A DNA stretch of 63,175 nucleotides, the filler included, from Trichosphaerium sp. ATCC 40318 (Eukaryota; Protista; Tubulinea), in the NCBI GenBank assembly GCA_038496445.1. It is 3 parts of 3 records of this genome, joined end to end, with 100 filler letters (N's around TTAATTAATTAA, not from the genome) between each part and the next. Parts side by side here need not be neighbours in the genome. Positions count along the whole stretch, not along the records: positions 18,397 to 44,857 come from JALMLS010000345.1; 2 more parts are not named here. One strand, given 5' to 3'. The notes under the pieces were generated by a model. The model worked only from the letters and a program-made list of their open reading frames with translations, made no database searches and was not told where the DNA came from. Both the position numbers and the translations under genes were made by a program. This document shows, in pieces, positions 25,126 through 39,400 of the stretch (the first letter of the stretch is position 1; the number at the start of each line of letters is the position of its first letter).

Positions 25126-27527
25126 TCATGGATGATATACATTGATTATACGCACGATATCTTGTCTGCAAATAGGACAACTTTCACCTAAAAATAAAAA
25201 AATCAGAATAAAAAAACCCAAAACAAAAACAAAAAAGAAAAGCGCTCTTTGCTTACATCTAGCAGCACATTCTGTGCAACAAGCCATATGTCCACACTCC
25301 AAAAAAACAGTATCCCTCTCCAAGGATAAGCAAATAACACACCGCATATCTCTACGACGCTTTGAACGTGAGTGCTTCGAAGAAGATCCATTATGTTCGT
25401 GATGATGACTATTTGATACAGGCGTTGTTGGTTGTTGTGTTAACACTGTAGCCTCTGGAGGAGTGCCATCTGGTGTTTGTGTAGTAGTTGACGCTGTTAG
25501 AGATACAATAGGTGTAGTAGCCGTCTGTGAATTAACTAATTCGCCAGAAGGAGAATTAGATCCAGAATTATGAACACTTGAAGCAAGAGGACTAGTTCCA
25601 TTCGCATCAGGTGTTCCATAAGCAGCCGAATCAACTTCTCCTTCGCCACCAGCATCCTCACCATGTCCAGCAACAATATCACTATTGTGTCCGTTATAGG
25701 AACTATCGTCTTCAGTAGAATAATCGTCCATATCTCTTGGTGTTTGATTTAATTCGAGAACCATATCATTAATGAATTTACTGCCGACTGGGTACTTTAA
25801 CTTTGCCGTATGAGAGTTCGCAAATTGTAATAGGGACTCGTAGACTGTTGGTGGATTTTTTAATGTCATGCCTGTTGGTTCTACGCTATATAGTAGGCAA
25901 TGTTTTATTTGTTTATGTGTGTCAACAAATGTGACAGCAAAGGACCCAGGTTGCGTTTTAGAGAAACGTATAAGGAAAGTACCCTTTTAAAAGTATCAGT
26001 AAATAGTACATTCAAATATTAACAAGTTTCTGAATATATACAAAGAGCGCCAGAGAGGCAATTTTGAACGAAAACAAAAAACCAAAAAAAATCAAAAAAC
26101 TCAAAACGGTAATTTGAACGAGTTTTTTTCAGCTGAATAGCGCTCAACCGAGAAATGTGTGATATACAGTTTTTTCCTTAAGCTTTATACTATATACTAG
26201 GTATTTATTTATAACCACCAGAGTGTATCAAAGCGAGAAAAAAATAACATTTTCATTCTTTTCAGCAAAAAACGTTTCATACCTCAACTTTTGTTTGTAG
26301 TAACAGATTGGCTTCAAGTGCAGGTACAAATCCAGCAAGTAATCTAGTGCGTTCTCAAGTAAGTACACCGTATCACAAACAAGATTCAAAAAAAGAAGGA
26401 AAAAAAAATATACAACGTACCCGCCTTGTAACGCCTTTACAAGCCGCTTTGATGACCCTAGAATTATTTTAAGCATTTTTAAAGCCATTTACAAATGAAA
26501 GTATGTCAAATCAACGCCTAAGTACCATCAAACGGGCCAAACCATTTCAAATATATACCAAACTCAAAGGCGCTTACATAGCCGTCTTTTGTAAAATCTA
26601 AAGGCATGGCGTCAAAAATAAGCAAAAAAATGAATACGACACAATCCCCTACCACGAAATAAAGCGCACCTAAGAAAAATTTGATTACTTTCTCGTATTT
26701 TGGGACGTCAGCGTCTTTATTCGGCTCTGCTTCAGTAAACTTTGCAAACCATTCATCCCAAGCTACGAATATCGCCTGTAAGATTATATATTAGGCAAAT
26801 AGAGTAAGTTTTAACAAAATAGTAACTGAATGATTGTTCTCATTGCTTCAAAAATAAACTAAAAGGCGTTTAAGCATTTTGACGTGCAGTGAAGCGTTTT
26901 TTCTATTGTTTTAATGCAGATCTGTCCAATCGGTACAAAACGTACGTCCGCGTATGCCTTTGTCCAAAAATCTTTACCGTCATCACATAGAATCAAATCT
27001 CTACCTTTTTTGGGTCCATTTGGTTTGTACAAAGCGACAAACTGGTCGGCTTGTTGCTTTAATACGAAGTCTTCTTGATAGAGTTGTATTTTAGTCTCTT
27101 TCCAGAAGTCTAATTCAAATTTCTGCTTCAGCGTGACCAGTATTGTTCGTATTCGAGTCATAGTGTCGACAATAATCTGTACGGAGTGTTCGTGTGTGAT
27201 GTGTTGGTAAGCCTTTTTACAGAAGGCTCCAATGGAGCTCTTGACAAAGTCTACTGTTGTTTTTAACTCTGCGAGTTCTGCGAATACATTAATAGGCTCA
27301 TTGATGACCTGGAATCCTCGTGTATGCTCGATGATGTATAAAAGGTCCCCAGCGAGTTTTGTGCAGTGATGAACGAGCACCTGTTGTTTACCACCCACTC
27401 TATGTTTCTTTTTACCACGTTTCCGCGACAGAAACGACGGTAGGAACGGGCTCCGCCCACCACCGGGCCCTTCTGTCTTTTTGTCCTCCGTGGTGGATAT
27501 ACTGGGATGTTCTCCCTGTGAAAACAA
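25126..27527 (-). CDS. CblA-like E3 ligase: helical/EF-hand, SH2 and C-terminal RING
   Basis: DFTKDGYVSAFEFGIYLKWFGP (Cbl EF-hand-like), TFLIRFSKTQPGSFAVTFV (SH2), CVICLS...CGHMACCTECA...CPICR (RING). True start probably further upstream. Confidence 0.8.
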
Positions 27528-27869
27528 TTTCCGTGTTTGCTACAACCGTTAAAAAACGAGTAAAATGAACAAAAATCAGTCTTTTTTGGTAAAGAGCGAT
27601 TGCTGAATGGTCTTTGATTTAATGCGCCGTTATGTGCACTTCACAACACAAGGTACTTCGATATAAGTACTATAAATGAAAGTTTTTCGGATTCTGATGC
27701 CCATAAACGGTGAATTAGCGTGTTCTTACTAGATTCAACAAAAAATGATTTTATCCTTCAAAGTATTCATGCTAAAGCATTATCGTGATATGGTTCAACG
27801 CATCACGCAAACAGAAAACACGTGAAGCTTCTTGAGAAGAAAAAAAAACCATTTCTTTAAAATTACATA

Positions 27870-29465
27870 GAAGGAACTATCTCCGCCATATTTCAACAAA
27901 ATAGAGCTGATGTGCAAACTTGTAAGTTCCTACATATGAAAGTAAACCATTGACATAACTCGATGACCTTTAATGTACCTCTGTCGTGCTGTTTTTCGCC
28001 TTGTAGACATTCTAGACCAATCCCAGGTATAGTTAGCATCAACGACTTGTATCACAAAAGGGAAATACTGAAGTAATCCTCCAGCACCAAGCGCAGCTAG
28101 ATTAGCTTTTGATACATTATACCTAAGCGTACGAAACGAGTTAGAACACTAGAACGCCTTAAAACAATTCTGCTTTTTTTTTCACTAACCAATCCTTTGT
28201 TTGTCTTATGCAAAGCGCCTCTCCTGCACGTGTTAAGAAATCAAGCTGATTCTGGTGTTGTTGCCAATATCCATTTGCTTTTGTGTTACTACATTCGAAT
28301 CGCCAAGACTGCTCTGCAAAGATGCTTCGAAGAGCTTTTGAGATTGACTTGTCATACCTTGTTTTGGTTAGCACAAAATTAAATATTGCAGAGCAACGTA
28401 CTTTCTAGTGAAGTTCATACCGCCAGCCTCTATTATATCTTCCTGAGCGCAGTCATTCCAGTCGTCTAGTACTTGAATACCAAGTCTCTGTGCAACAATT
28501 TCGCACTCACTCCGTTGGTTACTGATGCTGTTCCAGTGGTGTCTTGGTTTAACTCTAATAGTTAAAAACACGTGAGTAAAAATAGTTAAGTTTTTTTCTT
28601 GAGCCTACTTAAATCTTGAAGTATTCCATCTGTAGTTCGAATATACAACCTTTAAAGTTCCAACGACAGAGTTACCATGCCTGCGAGTATGTTAAGCGTA
28701 AATTTAAAGGATTTGATATTACTTAAAGAGTATTTGGGTTCCACCTTTCTGCATTACGTCTTCGAGTACACACCTGTACCTTAAAATAAAGTCATCAAAG
28801 GGTACAGCTTGTCATTGAGGTTAATATTACCACCCATCAAGTGTCTTTATGTCAAGCTTCTCGCCAATCTGATCCATCTTTTCGCGACAGTTATTAACGT
28901 CATCCCAATGACCTCTAGGCGTGGCTCTATTGATATCTTTGAGAACTTTTTTTTTGGACAGTCATGAGAACTTTACGTAAACTCTTTTAGAACCCAGTTG
29001 TGCTTAGGATATACTTCTTTTAACGCAGAAGGTATTGACCAGTTATAACTGAGCAAAGTGTCAGATGGGAACCTGTGAGATGATCAAATTGCAAAACCAC
29101 AAACCGGTTTAATACTGAACGTTCTTTAATATCGCGTATTTCATTCTGTGTTACGCTATACCAATCATCTAGGCATGTAATACGAAGTTTTTTAGCGATT
29201 GAATTTAATCCCTTTTTATGTGTTGCTTGTTGGCTCCAATAGCCCCAAGACCAATATCTATAGCGTCTTAGCTGAGTTTGCGGTAAAATTACGATAAATG
29301 AAGTTTGTAACCACACAATGTAGCGGTATTTGAGTGTATAATAATATACGTGCCCTTTCTTTTTGCTTTTACGGCGTTTTAGCGATCGTACTGGTAACTT
29401 TTAGCATAATATTGTTTAGAACGAGTGTACGTACGCCGTATAGCCTTTGACGCTATTGTTGTCAT
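27870..29465 (-). CDS. Trp-rich tandem repeat protein (about 65-aa units), copy A
   Basis: Units of the form PRGHW...N.R..D.I...L.I..LDDWY.V....I...GG..L...S....L..VY....W. Boundaries approximate. Confidence 0.7.
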
Positions 29466-29842
29466 CACATGTCAAATATAATTACAAATAATCATAACAT
29501 TCCACAGAAGTCCGTTCTAATAATTCAAGTGCTTTTACAGAGCTTGAACTAATCATGTGTGGTGAATCTCCCTACCTTAAACGTTCTGAGCAAGTGACTG
29601 ATTTAACCGATTCTATCTTTTTTTTTTCTTGTACAATTTCAGTTTGTTTTAGGACGCTTGTTGTGTTCGCTATTTATATAATCTGAGTTTCTGATGTAGG
29701 AATCTAACAAACTAACTGTCACTTCGCTAAGGTACCAGTTATTTAAAGTACAGCTTGACCACTCGTGACTGTTAACCAAAATGTGCTATTTCCACCTTGA
29801 CATTTTACATTATTAATATTACCCCAAACCGCAAAGAAATAA

Positions 29843-31231
29843 ATGACACTTCCTAATACAACACCCAAACATCAACAAAAAGTTAATACGCGTATCAATA
29901 ATGAAAAGAAACGAAGAGAGGATGCCAAGAAAAATATAAACCAAACAATTACATCAAAAATATATTTCTTACAACCTACAGTCGGTATGTAATATTTTAC
30001 TACATTTATAACGGATTTTAATTACTGACAAAAAAAAGAACCTCTAGAAGCTTCTGGAGATAGTCAATCACATGCCCTTGGAGGAGATTTCGAAGGTTTA
30101 ACGAAGAAAGAAAATAAAAAACTCAAGAGCGATTATGATCACGTGGTCTCTAATGAATTTGCTTCACACTTCGAAACCGCTATTAATCAATGTAAGGACA
30201 GCGTATCGGTACAGTCAAACAATCAAATATTGTTTAAAAACTTTTCATTTGACGTTCTGTTTAGACTTGCGAATGGGACAGTGAGAAAGCAATACAAGTG
30301 CACGAAGATGTTGACTACAGTCTACACATTGAATCTTCTGATGTTGAGTTACAGCAAATAGAATGCAGGTAACAGTTATTGAGTATCTCTGCCATCTCGT
30401 GTAAAACAACATTTTCACTGCTTTTCTAGGTATAAAGTGGAGCTCATACGAATAAACTACGTTCAAGAACGTCATATGAATCAGCTCATTCGGTTATTAA
30501 AAGCTCAGGTATTTGAACAACAAGCAAAATCATAACACAAGCTAAACCTTTCAAAAAGTTGAAATTGCGTTTGGTTACTCAAAGCGAAGCTGAAAGGAAG
30601 GTAACGCGCCTAGCGTCAGAGTTTAATAGTACCAAACAAGCTTTAAAGACATTTGTATGTGGTATAATATCAGAGAGACAGGTAAGATATGAAGAAATCA
30701 CGTGGGGAGTTGATTAAAAAGACTTCAAAAATCAAACTAGTTTTTCACATCTGTTTTAGGAGAAAGCCAGACCGGCGAAAAGAAAACGTCAAACACTGTC
30801 AAAACATGCGACATCATTACTCGAAACGTGGTTCTTCAACCACTTAAATCATCCTTACCCTTCGGAACAAGAGAAAGCCGATCTTGCTAAAAGTTGTAAC
30901 CTTACAACACAACAAATAAATGTACGTTCTATTACTACCTCTTTTCCGATACACAATGAAAAAAATCACCTTAAAAAATCACCTTAACAACAATCACTAC
31001 TCAGATATGTTTTTATTTCTTTAACATGTGATATGTTTCAGTGTCACAAAAAGGAGAAACAAACCCGAATAATGTCTTTTACATTTCTTTATTTTTTTTT
31101 AATTTTTGTTACAGAATTGGTTTGGTAATAAACGTATTCGATACAAACGTAAGGTCGATGGAAATAAAACACAAAAGAAGGGTAAGAGCGCAAAGAGGAG
31201 AAAAATCCAAAAATCTACACTTGGCATGTGA
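29843..31231 (+). CDS. PBX-class TALE homeodomain transcription factor with PBC-B-like domain
   Basis: WFFNHLNHPYPSEQEKADLAKSCNLTTQQIN|NWFGNKRIRYK. Upstream LQQIECRYKVEL...LLKAQ..R.VT..EAER.V.....F....Q.LK...C aligns by eye with the PBC-B region of PBX1. Confidence 0.9.
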
Positions 31232-31475
31232 CATTCGACCAAAATAGCTCAAAGTTCAAATACAAAGAAAAATAAATAAAAATCCAGAAAACTACAAATC
31301 ATCTGTCGAGAAGGAACTATAAATATTTGTACCTGTGCTTTCGGATACTACATTTAATGTTGCTTTGTAACACAAGTTCAAATTGGCTTAACATTACTTA
31401 AGGAAGGTGGTTTTTTATTGGGAAATGAGCACAAATGTGCATTTTTTTTTTGTTTTTACCCAGTTGATGTAAACT

Positions 31476-33174
31476 ATGTGGAAACAAATCATACTTGGTA
31501 CATCCATAGAAACTAGTATTTTGATCTGCTTATCGAACTCTTAGTGTCATTTCTGTTTTTCGTAGTGGCGTACAACAAACAATTCTGGAAGAGCGATAAG
31601 CGGTTTGTTATTGTATCAAAGAGTGCGTTACTGAGTTCTTTTCCTCATAATACTGTCATGAATCTTTTTTATTGATACAATGTTTTATCGAAGTATCGTG
31701 GTCACGTGCTTTTTCTACTAAGAATGAAACAAAAGATGCTCTACAGAAGCTAGTATTTCATTTCGATAAACAAGAAGACAAAACTTTCCACTGTGTAAGA
31801 CATTCTCCATTCGCCAAAGGCGCACAGGTACTGAAACTTTTCCACTTCAAGTCGCTTGTTATTAGGAGATCGCAAAGTTCTTTGATTGCGCTTATGTACT
31901 GTAGATCGCCATTCACGATGGTGTTAATATTACTCATGTGGAAGCGCCAGACAATATGTTTAGAGCAGTAGGAGAAAATCATCAACATTTACATGTTACT
32001 GTTCATGATGACGACACTTTTTCTGGGTTCTTTATTGAACACGATGAGTGGGTTTCTTTTGATTCAGTTATTGCGTACGTTCATTTATCCTTTTGTGTCA
32101 CGTGACATAAGTAATGATATCTTCACACAGGCACGAGAGTTTCATGACGGCTACTCATAAGAGTAAAATTGGGAACGGAACTCACTTGCTTTTGTGGTAT
32201 TCAGTTTCTGAGTTGCTGTTGTATTCACTTGATTGAAGGGAATCTACATCACCGCACGAAGCGAGCTTTTCCTAGTGGTAACACACTCCCTGTTACACCA
32301 CCGCCGGCGCCATGTCCTTCGACAATACATGCTATCACAATAGTAAGTATGTGTTGTATCTTAGTCATTCATTAGACGGTTGGTGTTAGTGTTGGATACT
32401 ATCAGTTAGCTGGGAGTATCAACGATACCGTGGATAGAGTTTCAAGTGGTATGTAATAATAGCTTTAAATATAGCTTATTTTGTGTGTTAGCTTTCGTTG
32501 GTGCCAACGTTTTCCTTGGCACAGATTTGGTACTGACACAGTTTACAAATATTGTGTGATTTGACGTACTTACAACTAACACAATGTATCAGAATTTGCG
32601 GTTGGTTATTGAAAACACAATAATATACACATCTACAGGTAGCGAAATAACTTTCTTGTAAGAAAAACGCCAAACTTACTATAAATAGGTGGTCCACAAT
32701 GGAACATGCTAAGGTCTCCTGAGTGTTCTTTTTCAAATTTTAACTGGCAAGACTCTATAAAACAATGTTGAGGAGTTACTGCAGGAGGTATACTATTTCA
32801 TGGTTGTGATGGTAGCCTTTCATCAGGAGCAGGAGTACTTTGTGTATGGTCATTTGTGTGCAATTGTTCATTTTTTTTACATTCTTATAGGGTGCTAATC
32901 ACAACGCCGTTTTTAAGTTCTTGAACGTTCTACAAACTAGAAGACTACTCGGTAAAGCTATTGGAAGAGGGTTTGGGGTAGGAACTAATACTAATGGGAT
33001 TATGGGATCTCTTGAAACTTCGAGGTTATTTCTTTTTTTTTTCCTCTTTTTTTGATTTTTAATGATTCAATCAGTGATACAAGACACGATAGATTCTCAA
33101 AAGAAAGTCAAACAGATATATGCAATAACTTTGAAGATACACAATACAGCTGCATTGGTCCTGAAACAATTTAA
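31476..33174 (+). pseudogene. Reprolysin/M12B-like protein lacking the Zn-binding motif, possibly degenerate
   Basis: Pro-domain-like exons, furin-like RTKR, and LLGKAIGRGFGVG...GIMG...FS..S...IC where HExGHxxGxxH and the Met-turn would be. Apparent frame breaks near 32500-32800. Confidence 0.4.
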
Positions 33175-33487
33175 ATAAAATAATAAACAATTTACATCTG
33201 GAAACTGATTGTTCAAATGCTTACATGTTACACGTGTTTGATTATTCTAGCTACATTTTGAAAAGATTGTTGATGTGAGAAATTGATTAGAGCTATATCT
33301 CAATGTTGCCTTTCACTGGTGAGAACAAATAGCAACAAGCAATAGATCAAGGGTTTTTATAAAATGTGGCTACAGTTCCAAAAACGGAAGTTGTTGGGTT
33401 CAAGGAAGAAGCAAATTGAAGTCAGTGTTAAGATGTACACCATCAAAAAGGGATAATTATAACTTATTTATTTTACACAAAATTGTT

Positions 33488-36400
33488 TTAGTTTACCAAA
33501 CTTTTAGATGATGTAGCTTCAAGTTCAGTTGTCTTCTCCTAACACAAACATTAATTTTTTTTGGATAGTAAAAACTTTCCAAAATCATGTTTCTAGAGAT
33601 CTCCACGTACATCTTTTAATTCGTTTTTGGATGATGAAAGACCAGCAATACCTGAACCAACTTTTTTAGAAAACTTTTCAAACACAGAACCTTTCTACAC
33701 ATCAAAAGTTAATAAAAGAAAAAAAACACGTGGACTAAAGAAACTTACCCTGAACAATAAGAAAATTACAACAATTGGCGGTACTTCTAGTATCAGTAGA
33801 GCCATAGTAACCAATTCTGGTGTTGGTGCTGTATAATTTATTGTAACTACTAACCATATTGCTTGTCCAGTAAGACAAAATATAAATACACAAGTCAACA
33901 CAAACGACTAAAAAAGTTAGCAAGTTACAAAAAAAGTGAAAAAAGTAAGAATCTCACGTTGGCCACAGATTTTGTAGTATTCGCTGAATTTGCTTGTTCT
34001 TTACCCTGTAATGCTGCTGCCTTACCAAGTGAGTAAATCTAATAAAAATATTAGAACCTTAGCCTTGGGATTGTTCAAAGAAAGCAAACCAAATAAACTT
34101 GATAAAAAATATAAATCTTGGATAAAAGTCAGTACCAAATGTCCTCCATAAAATGCTGCTGCGAAAGACAACCCAATGCAATCAAGGGCAAATGATACCC
34201 GATAAATAATAGAAACCTTTTGTAATATCATTAGCTACAATAATCGGAAAAAGACAATACAACGTACAATGCCAGCTCTAGTAACACTATCTCGCTCTTC
34301 ATTACAAGTTGTTGCTACGTCGTCTTCAAGGAATATTACAAACAACGCAGTGCATAATACTGATCTATTATAAAGCGTTAGGAATACTATATAGAGTACA
34401 AAACCGACTACATACAAGGCGATAGCGGCTGCAAGAAAACCAAGGTAGAGTGGCTGCAATTTTTTAATGTTTGTTCCTGAGACTTGCATTGCAAAGTAAT
34501 AGAATTCCGCCCTACACTCGTTTGTAAGACAAGTAGTGCTATAAACAAACAATATAACAGACAACATACCATCGAGTGATAATGAGGAATACAACAGCAA
34601 GAAGTAGTAAAGAGGGTAACACACTATAACAAGTTAATATTGCCAATTTCGAAAAAAATGCTATTGCAATCAAACCTTAGTATGCTGTCAAGCCATACAA
34701 ATCGCTGTGTAACGCCCACTGGTACTAACAAAAAGAATACGGCCCTGTCTAAGCAATAGAAAACAGCTATTAATAGGGCTACTCGCGGTAAAGACCAGAA
34801 CTGTCCATTCTTTGTTGATTCTTTGTCCAACATGTGAATAATAAGAGCATACAGTATAAGCACTAAGAATTGTGTCAACGAACCAAAGCTAAACAAAAAT
34901 AGTCGTACCTCCAAGACAGACATATATAAGTACACTAAGATACAGGAGTATAATAGCAGAAGCTCCAAAAGTCTCAAAATACGTTTTTGTTTGATAGTCT
35001 AAGGAGCAACAAATTAAAAAACTTTCAAAAAAAAGAAGATTGTTTTTGATAGAAGTGTGAAGTTAATGTACCATCTCTGAGACCCATAAGGAATGTTGGC
35101 GTATCTGTAGGGACATAACATATTTCTACTCCATCTTTGAGTTCAAACACTTCATCGTCTAAGTAAGGTTAGCAACTCAGCTTAAGCTATTTAATCAAAC
35201 TCATACTTATAATAACAAACTCTTCAACTGAGTCCCTTAATTCTAATACAGCCAAGCCAACCAAAGTAACATCTTCCACTGTCAATGAACTCCTTTAAGT
35301 AAAAATTAAAACTTGTTTACATCAATGGAGTACGTACGGTACAGTAACATTAATACAAGTCAAGAAACCACTAGTAATATTTTCAGAACTTGTAACAGAA
35401 TAGCCATCACTTATAAGTTCGCCAACAATGGCATTATGTATATTAACATAGAACCTTATAGAACCATCACCAACTTGGTTAGATTCCAGAGAAGCTTTAA
35501 ACAATAAGAATAAAGGAAAAAGACCAAACAACTTACCTGGAAAAAATGGAGATATAACGACTTGTTCAAAAGAGCTTTCACGAACAACCTAAGTGCTATT
35601 AGACTCCAGAACGGCTGCTTGCGTATTATTGAATGTTCCTTACCCGAACGACTGCCTCAGTACAAGCAGTAGCAGTATAGTTTGATGTTACAACAAGCTT
35701 AGCATTTGTTGTAAACGAAAGATTTCTATTGGCTAGATTTGGACATATTTGAAATGAAGCCAAAGCATGCCCGTTATTGTTGTTAAATGTTTCTGAGTTG
35801 AAACAATCACTACCACCACTTTTGTTATCTCCACATAAACATGAAGTAGTCTGAAGAGCATCAAGTACACCTTATTCAAAGAGTTAAACTTAAACAAATT
35901 CTTGATTGTTTTTTTTCCTCATCAATTCAAAGAACTCACCAGAAAATCTACATTGGAACTCTGATTTTATAAGCCTTTCTAAAATATTAGCTTGAATTTC
36001 TGGTATGATCTTGACAACTTCTGAATCAATAACGTCACCACTTAAGAACCCAGGTTAGACGTTTAAAGAAAAAGCAAAAAAAAAAAAAAACATAAAGATT
36101 TTCGGACACTTTTGTGTAGACAAGACGCACTAGATAACATCTGCTGGTTCCCACGTAGGTGTAATAGTCGTTGAAGGAAGCCATGTATATTTATTCCTCC
36201 AAACCCCTGTACGCCACGTGTTCCTTTGTCCATATACACCAGCACAGGCTGTACACTCAGTTTCGTTCTTTAGAGATAAGTGGGCGAACTGAGTAGGATA
36301 CAAGGAGTCTATGCAGTAATGTCCTCTATAGCATGTGTTAGAAATTTAACATTCCAAATATACATGTACCTTTCCAGGCATTCTTGCTGTGATGTAGCAG

Positions 36401-39400
36401 CATCATAGAAAGTACTAAACATCAGCATTGTTAGTATACATGTGGATGAACAAAATTGTATTACCCTCCGACTGCTTCGCAAGCTGACCTTGTCGCAATT
36501 GTCCTATCATTGCAACCACCCTGTATATATTAGATTACAATAATATAGCCATATCGTACCAGTGGCGTCCAGTCTTGATACCAAAACAAATTAAGTTCTC
36601 TAAAAGTAGTTGCGATTTTTGGTAAATTCTAAATCCACGTGTTATTACAGAATAGACTACGTATGTAACCGTACACAAATATTAAGTGTATCTGGAGTGA
36701 GGAGACTAGTCTCATTAAAAGGTAATACACATCCAACAGTTTCACCAAGGCACTCAGCTTTTAGAAAAAAGTCAGTCTCTTTTTAGTAATAATTAACTGG
36801 CTTACTCGTAGCTTCACATTGTGCTTGAGTACAGTTATCGCAAGGAATCGAGCATTCCATTGCAGTTTCACATTCAATCTTGACTTGAAGATTAACCAAA
36901 ACGAAATTCCATGAAGAAAACCCAACGTACTCTTGTTTTGTTGACTAATTCTATATTTTTGTCGATGCAAACAGGTACGCATTCCTGAGGGTTTACCCAG
37001 ACGCTTCCTTCCCTATAAACACATTTAAAAGGTGTGTCCAATAACGAATAACAACATACCACCAAGTGAGATATCGGTTCAAACATTCTGATTCACTGAC
37101 AAATTCAATAGTACAGAGTGAACTAGAAGTACTGTGATAGCTCGTTAGTAATTACATGTGCGCAATAGTAATAGCGTACAATACACCTCCTATATTATCG
37201 CAAGACTGTTGTGTTGTATAAGTCAAACAACGAGGTTGGCATACTATTGTTAGATCTTCGTTTTGATCGCAAGTGTCTATAGGTAAACACGTGTCGATTG
37301 TGCTATTTTCTGGTTTGCGGCATTGTTGACCCCGAGGGAGCATTGGGTTCCAAGTTCCATTCTTCTTACCGCAAGAATCTTGTCAAAGCTGTTAAACTCA
37401 ACGAAAACGAGAACTAGTACCTTCATCGGCTGTTCCATAAAAGAAACAACCAGGGAATATAACAATTTGCTCTGAAGCGTTTAGAAACGAACATAAAGGA
37501 CCTATGGTGGCGTCTTCACAATACTCTAGATTGAAGAAGCATTAATGAGGATGAAGTATTGATGTATACGTACGTTGATTACAAGTTTCGCTTTGCTCAG
37601 AATCACATGGTTTCCAGTTACACGTCATTTTATTGTCACATTCTTCTTGTGTGATATTTTTACTACTTCCACCTTTTGCAAAATCACGTGGTTTAGCTCA
37701 AATGGGTAATAATAAAACGTAGAAATGACCAAGAAATAATGGTTGAAGTACCTCTACCAACACAACGCTTGACTAAAATCTGTTTTATATTTTCTTCAAA
37801 GAACTCTTCTGGTCTGTTTTCAACTAATGCAAGACCATCAGCAAAATTTTTATCACGTGACATTTTCGTACATCCTACTGCTTCTTCAGTTAAATTTGTG
37901 ATTAAAAGACTGCCCAAGTCAGTTGCTCTTGATCTGTAGCACTACAATATAAAGTTAGATACTTTTTAAAACAGATCAGTCTTTTTTTGTTTACCTCTAT
38001 CAGGTACTGATCATCTAAGAGTTCTTTTGAATTTGCTGTCATATCATTTATAGGAAATACCCTACAATGTTTATCTGGCATACACTCGGTATTGCAGTCA
38101 TCATCTGTATTACATTTGATACGACATAGTCCTTAACAAATTGTTTTAGATCAAATTGTTTTAGATCTACAACAAGAGAAAAGAAAGAAAATAGTACCGT
38201 CAATGCAAACCCGAGGCCCGCTTGCATCTTGCTCACATCCATCAAAGATAGTACATCCCTGAGCATATATTTCTTTCTCGCATATGCTTGTGTAAGGAAT
38301 AAACGCATATTGTGCTGTACGTGACTGAGTAGGAGGTTAGTATAGACAGGCAGCAAAGCGAGATAAGGAGTGAAGCTCTTACTTCTCGATAGATTTGTCC
38401 ACAAATATTTGTCTGTTCCAACTGGTTAACTTGGTCGTAAGCAATAAACTCTTGAACAATATCCTACATATACCAGTAAGATGGCTTACTCAGGTTACAA
38501 AATAAATTAAAGTGTCATACAGTCATGCACTTAGGAAATGTGCAAACGTCTTGCAGTCCATCTGTGCTTGGTATAAAAACTGGCACATCAACAGTTAGAT
38601 CTCTAGCTCTGCAGCATTGTTTAGACAATAACCTAGGTAATAATCAGCTAGATCTTTGCGTCTCTTCTTTTGTGGAACAACATACGCAGGGTTGCAGCAA
38701 GGATCTACCATAAATGCAGGAGAATGTGGTTCTTCACTGCACGAAAATGAATCAGTAACCACACTCGTAGCTGAAAATGGTAGCTCTTTAATTAAACGAT
38801 TACGAATTAGTTCAGTGCAACCAATCCATGGCCTTGATAACTGTCCAGCTAGAATCTACAAGAAAGCTACTTTAGACAGACTAACACACAGTTTGATTTT
38901 CCTTCTATGTTTATGTTTGTGTTTACCTGCGCTGAGACTTGAAACCCGTGTAGTTCATCAAAACTTAATGGAGAATCATCAAAAGAATTGGCAACAGTTT
39001 TCATGTCTTAACAAAACCATTAGAAAACAGCTAAAGACAAGCATCTTACAAGTCACCACGGCACTCATTTCTTCAAAGTTACATTCAGGTGTTGGTCTTT
39101 CAGCGTCAGCTAGAGGGAAAGTACCTTCCAAAGGCTAATGTCTTGTTAATAGATCCTTTTATTTCAGTTTTTTGAATGGCTGGTACCTCTCCTGTGGCAC
39201 CAACAACCCTAGGTGTTGTCAAAGTACACTCCGTATCTTTATCAAACCATTCTCGTACAAGTGGAAACGCACTCAATATACCTGTATAGTCCAAACCAAC
39301 GCGAGGGTTTGCAGGCCAAGATACTCTGTTAAAAACAGCTATATTAAGCCTCTGTGGTATTAAGGATGTGTTTCCATAATTAAGCGGAATACCACTAAAA

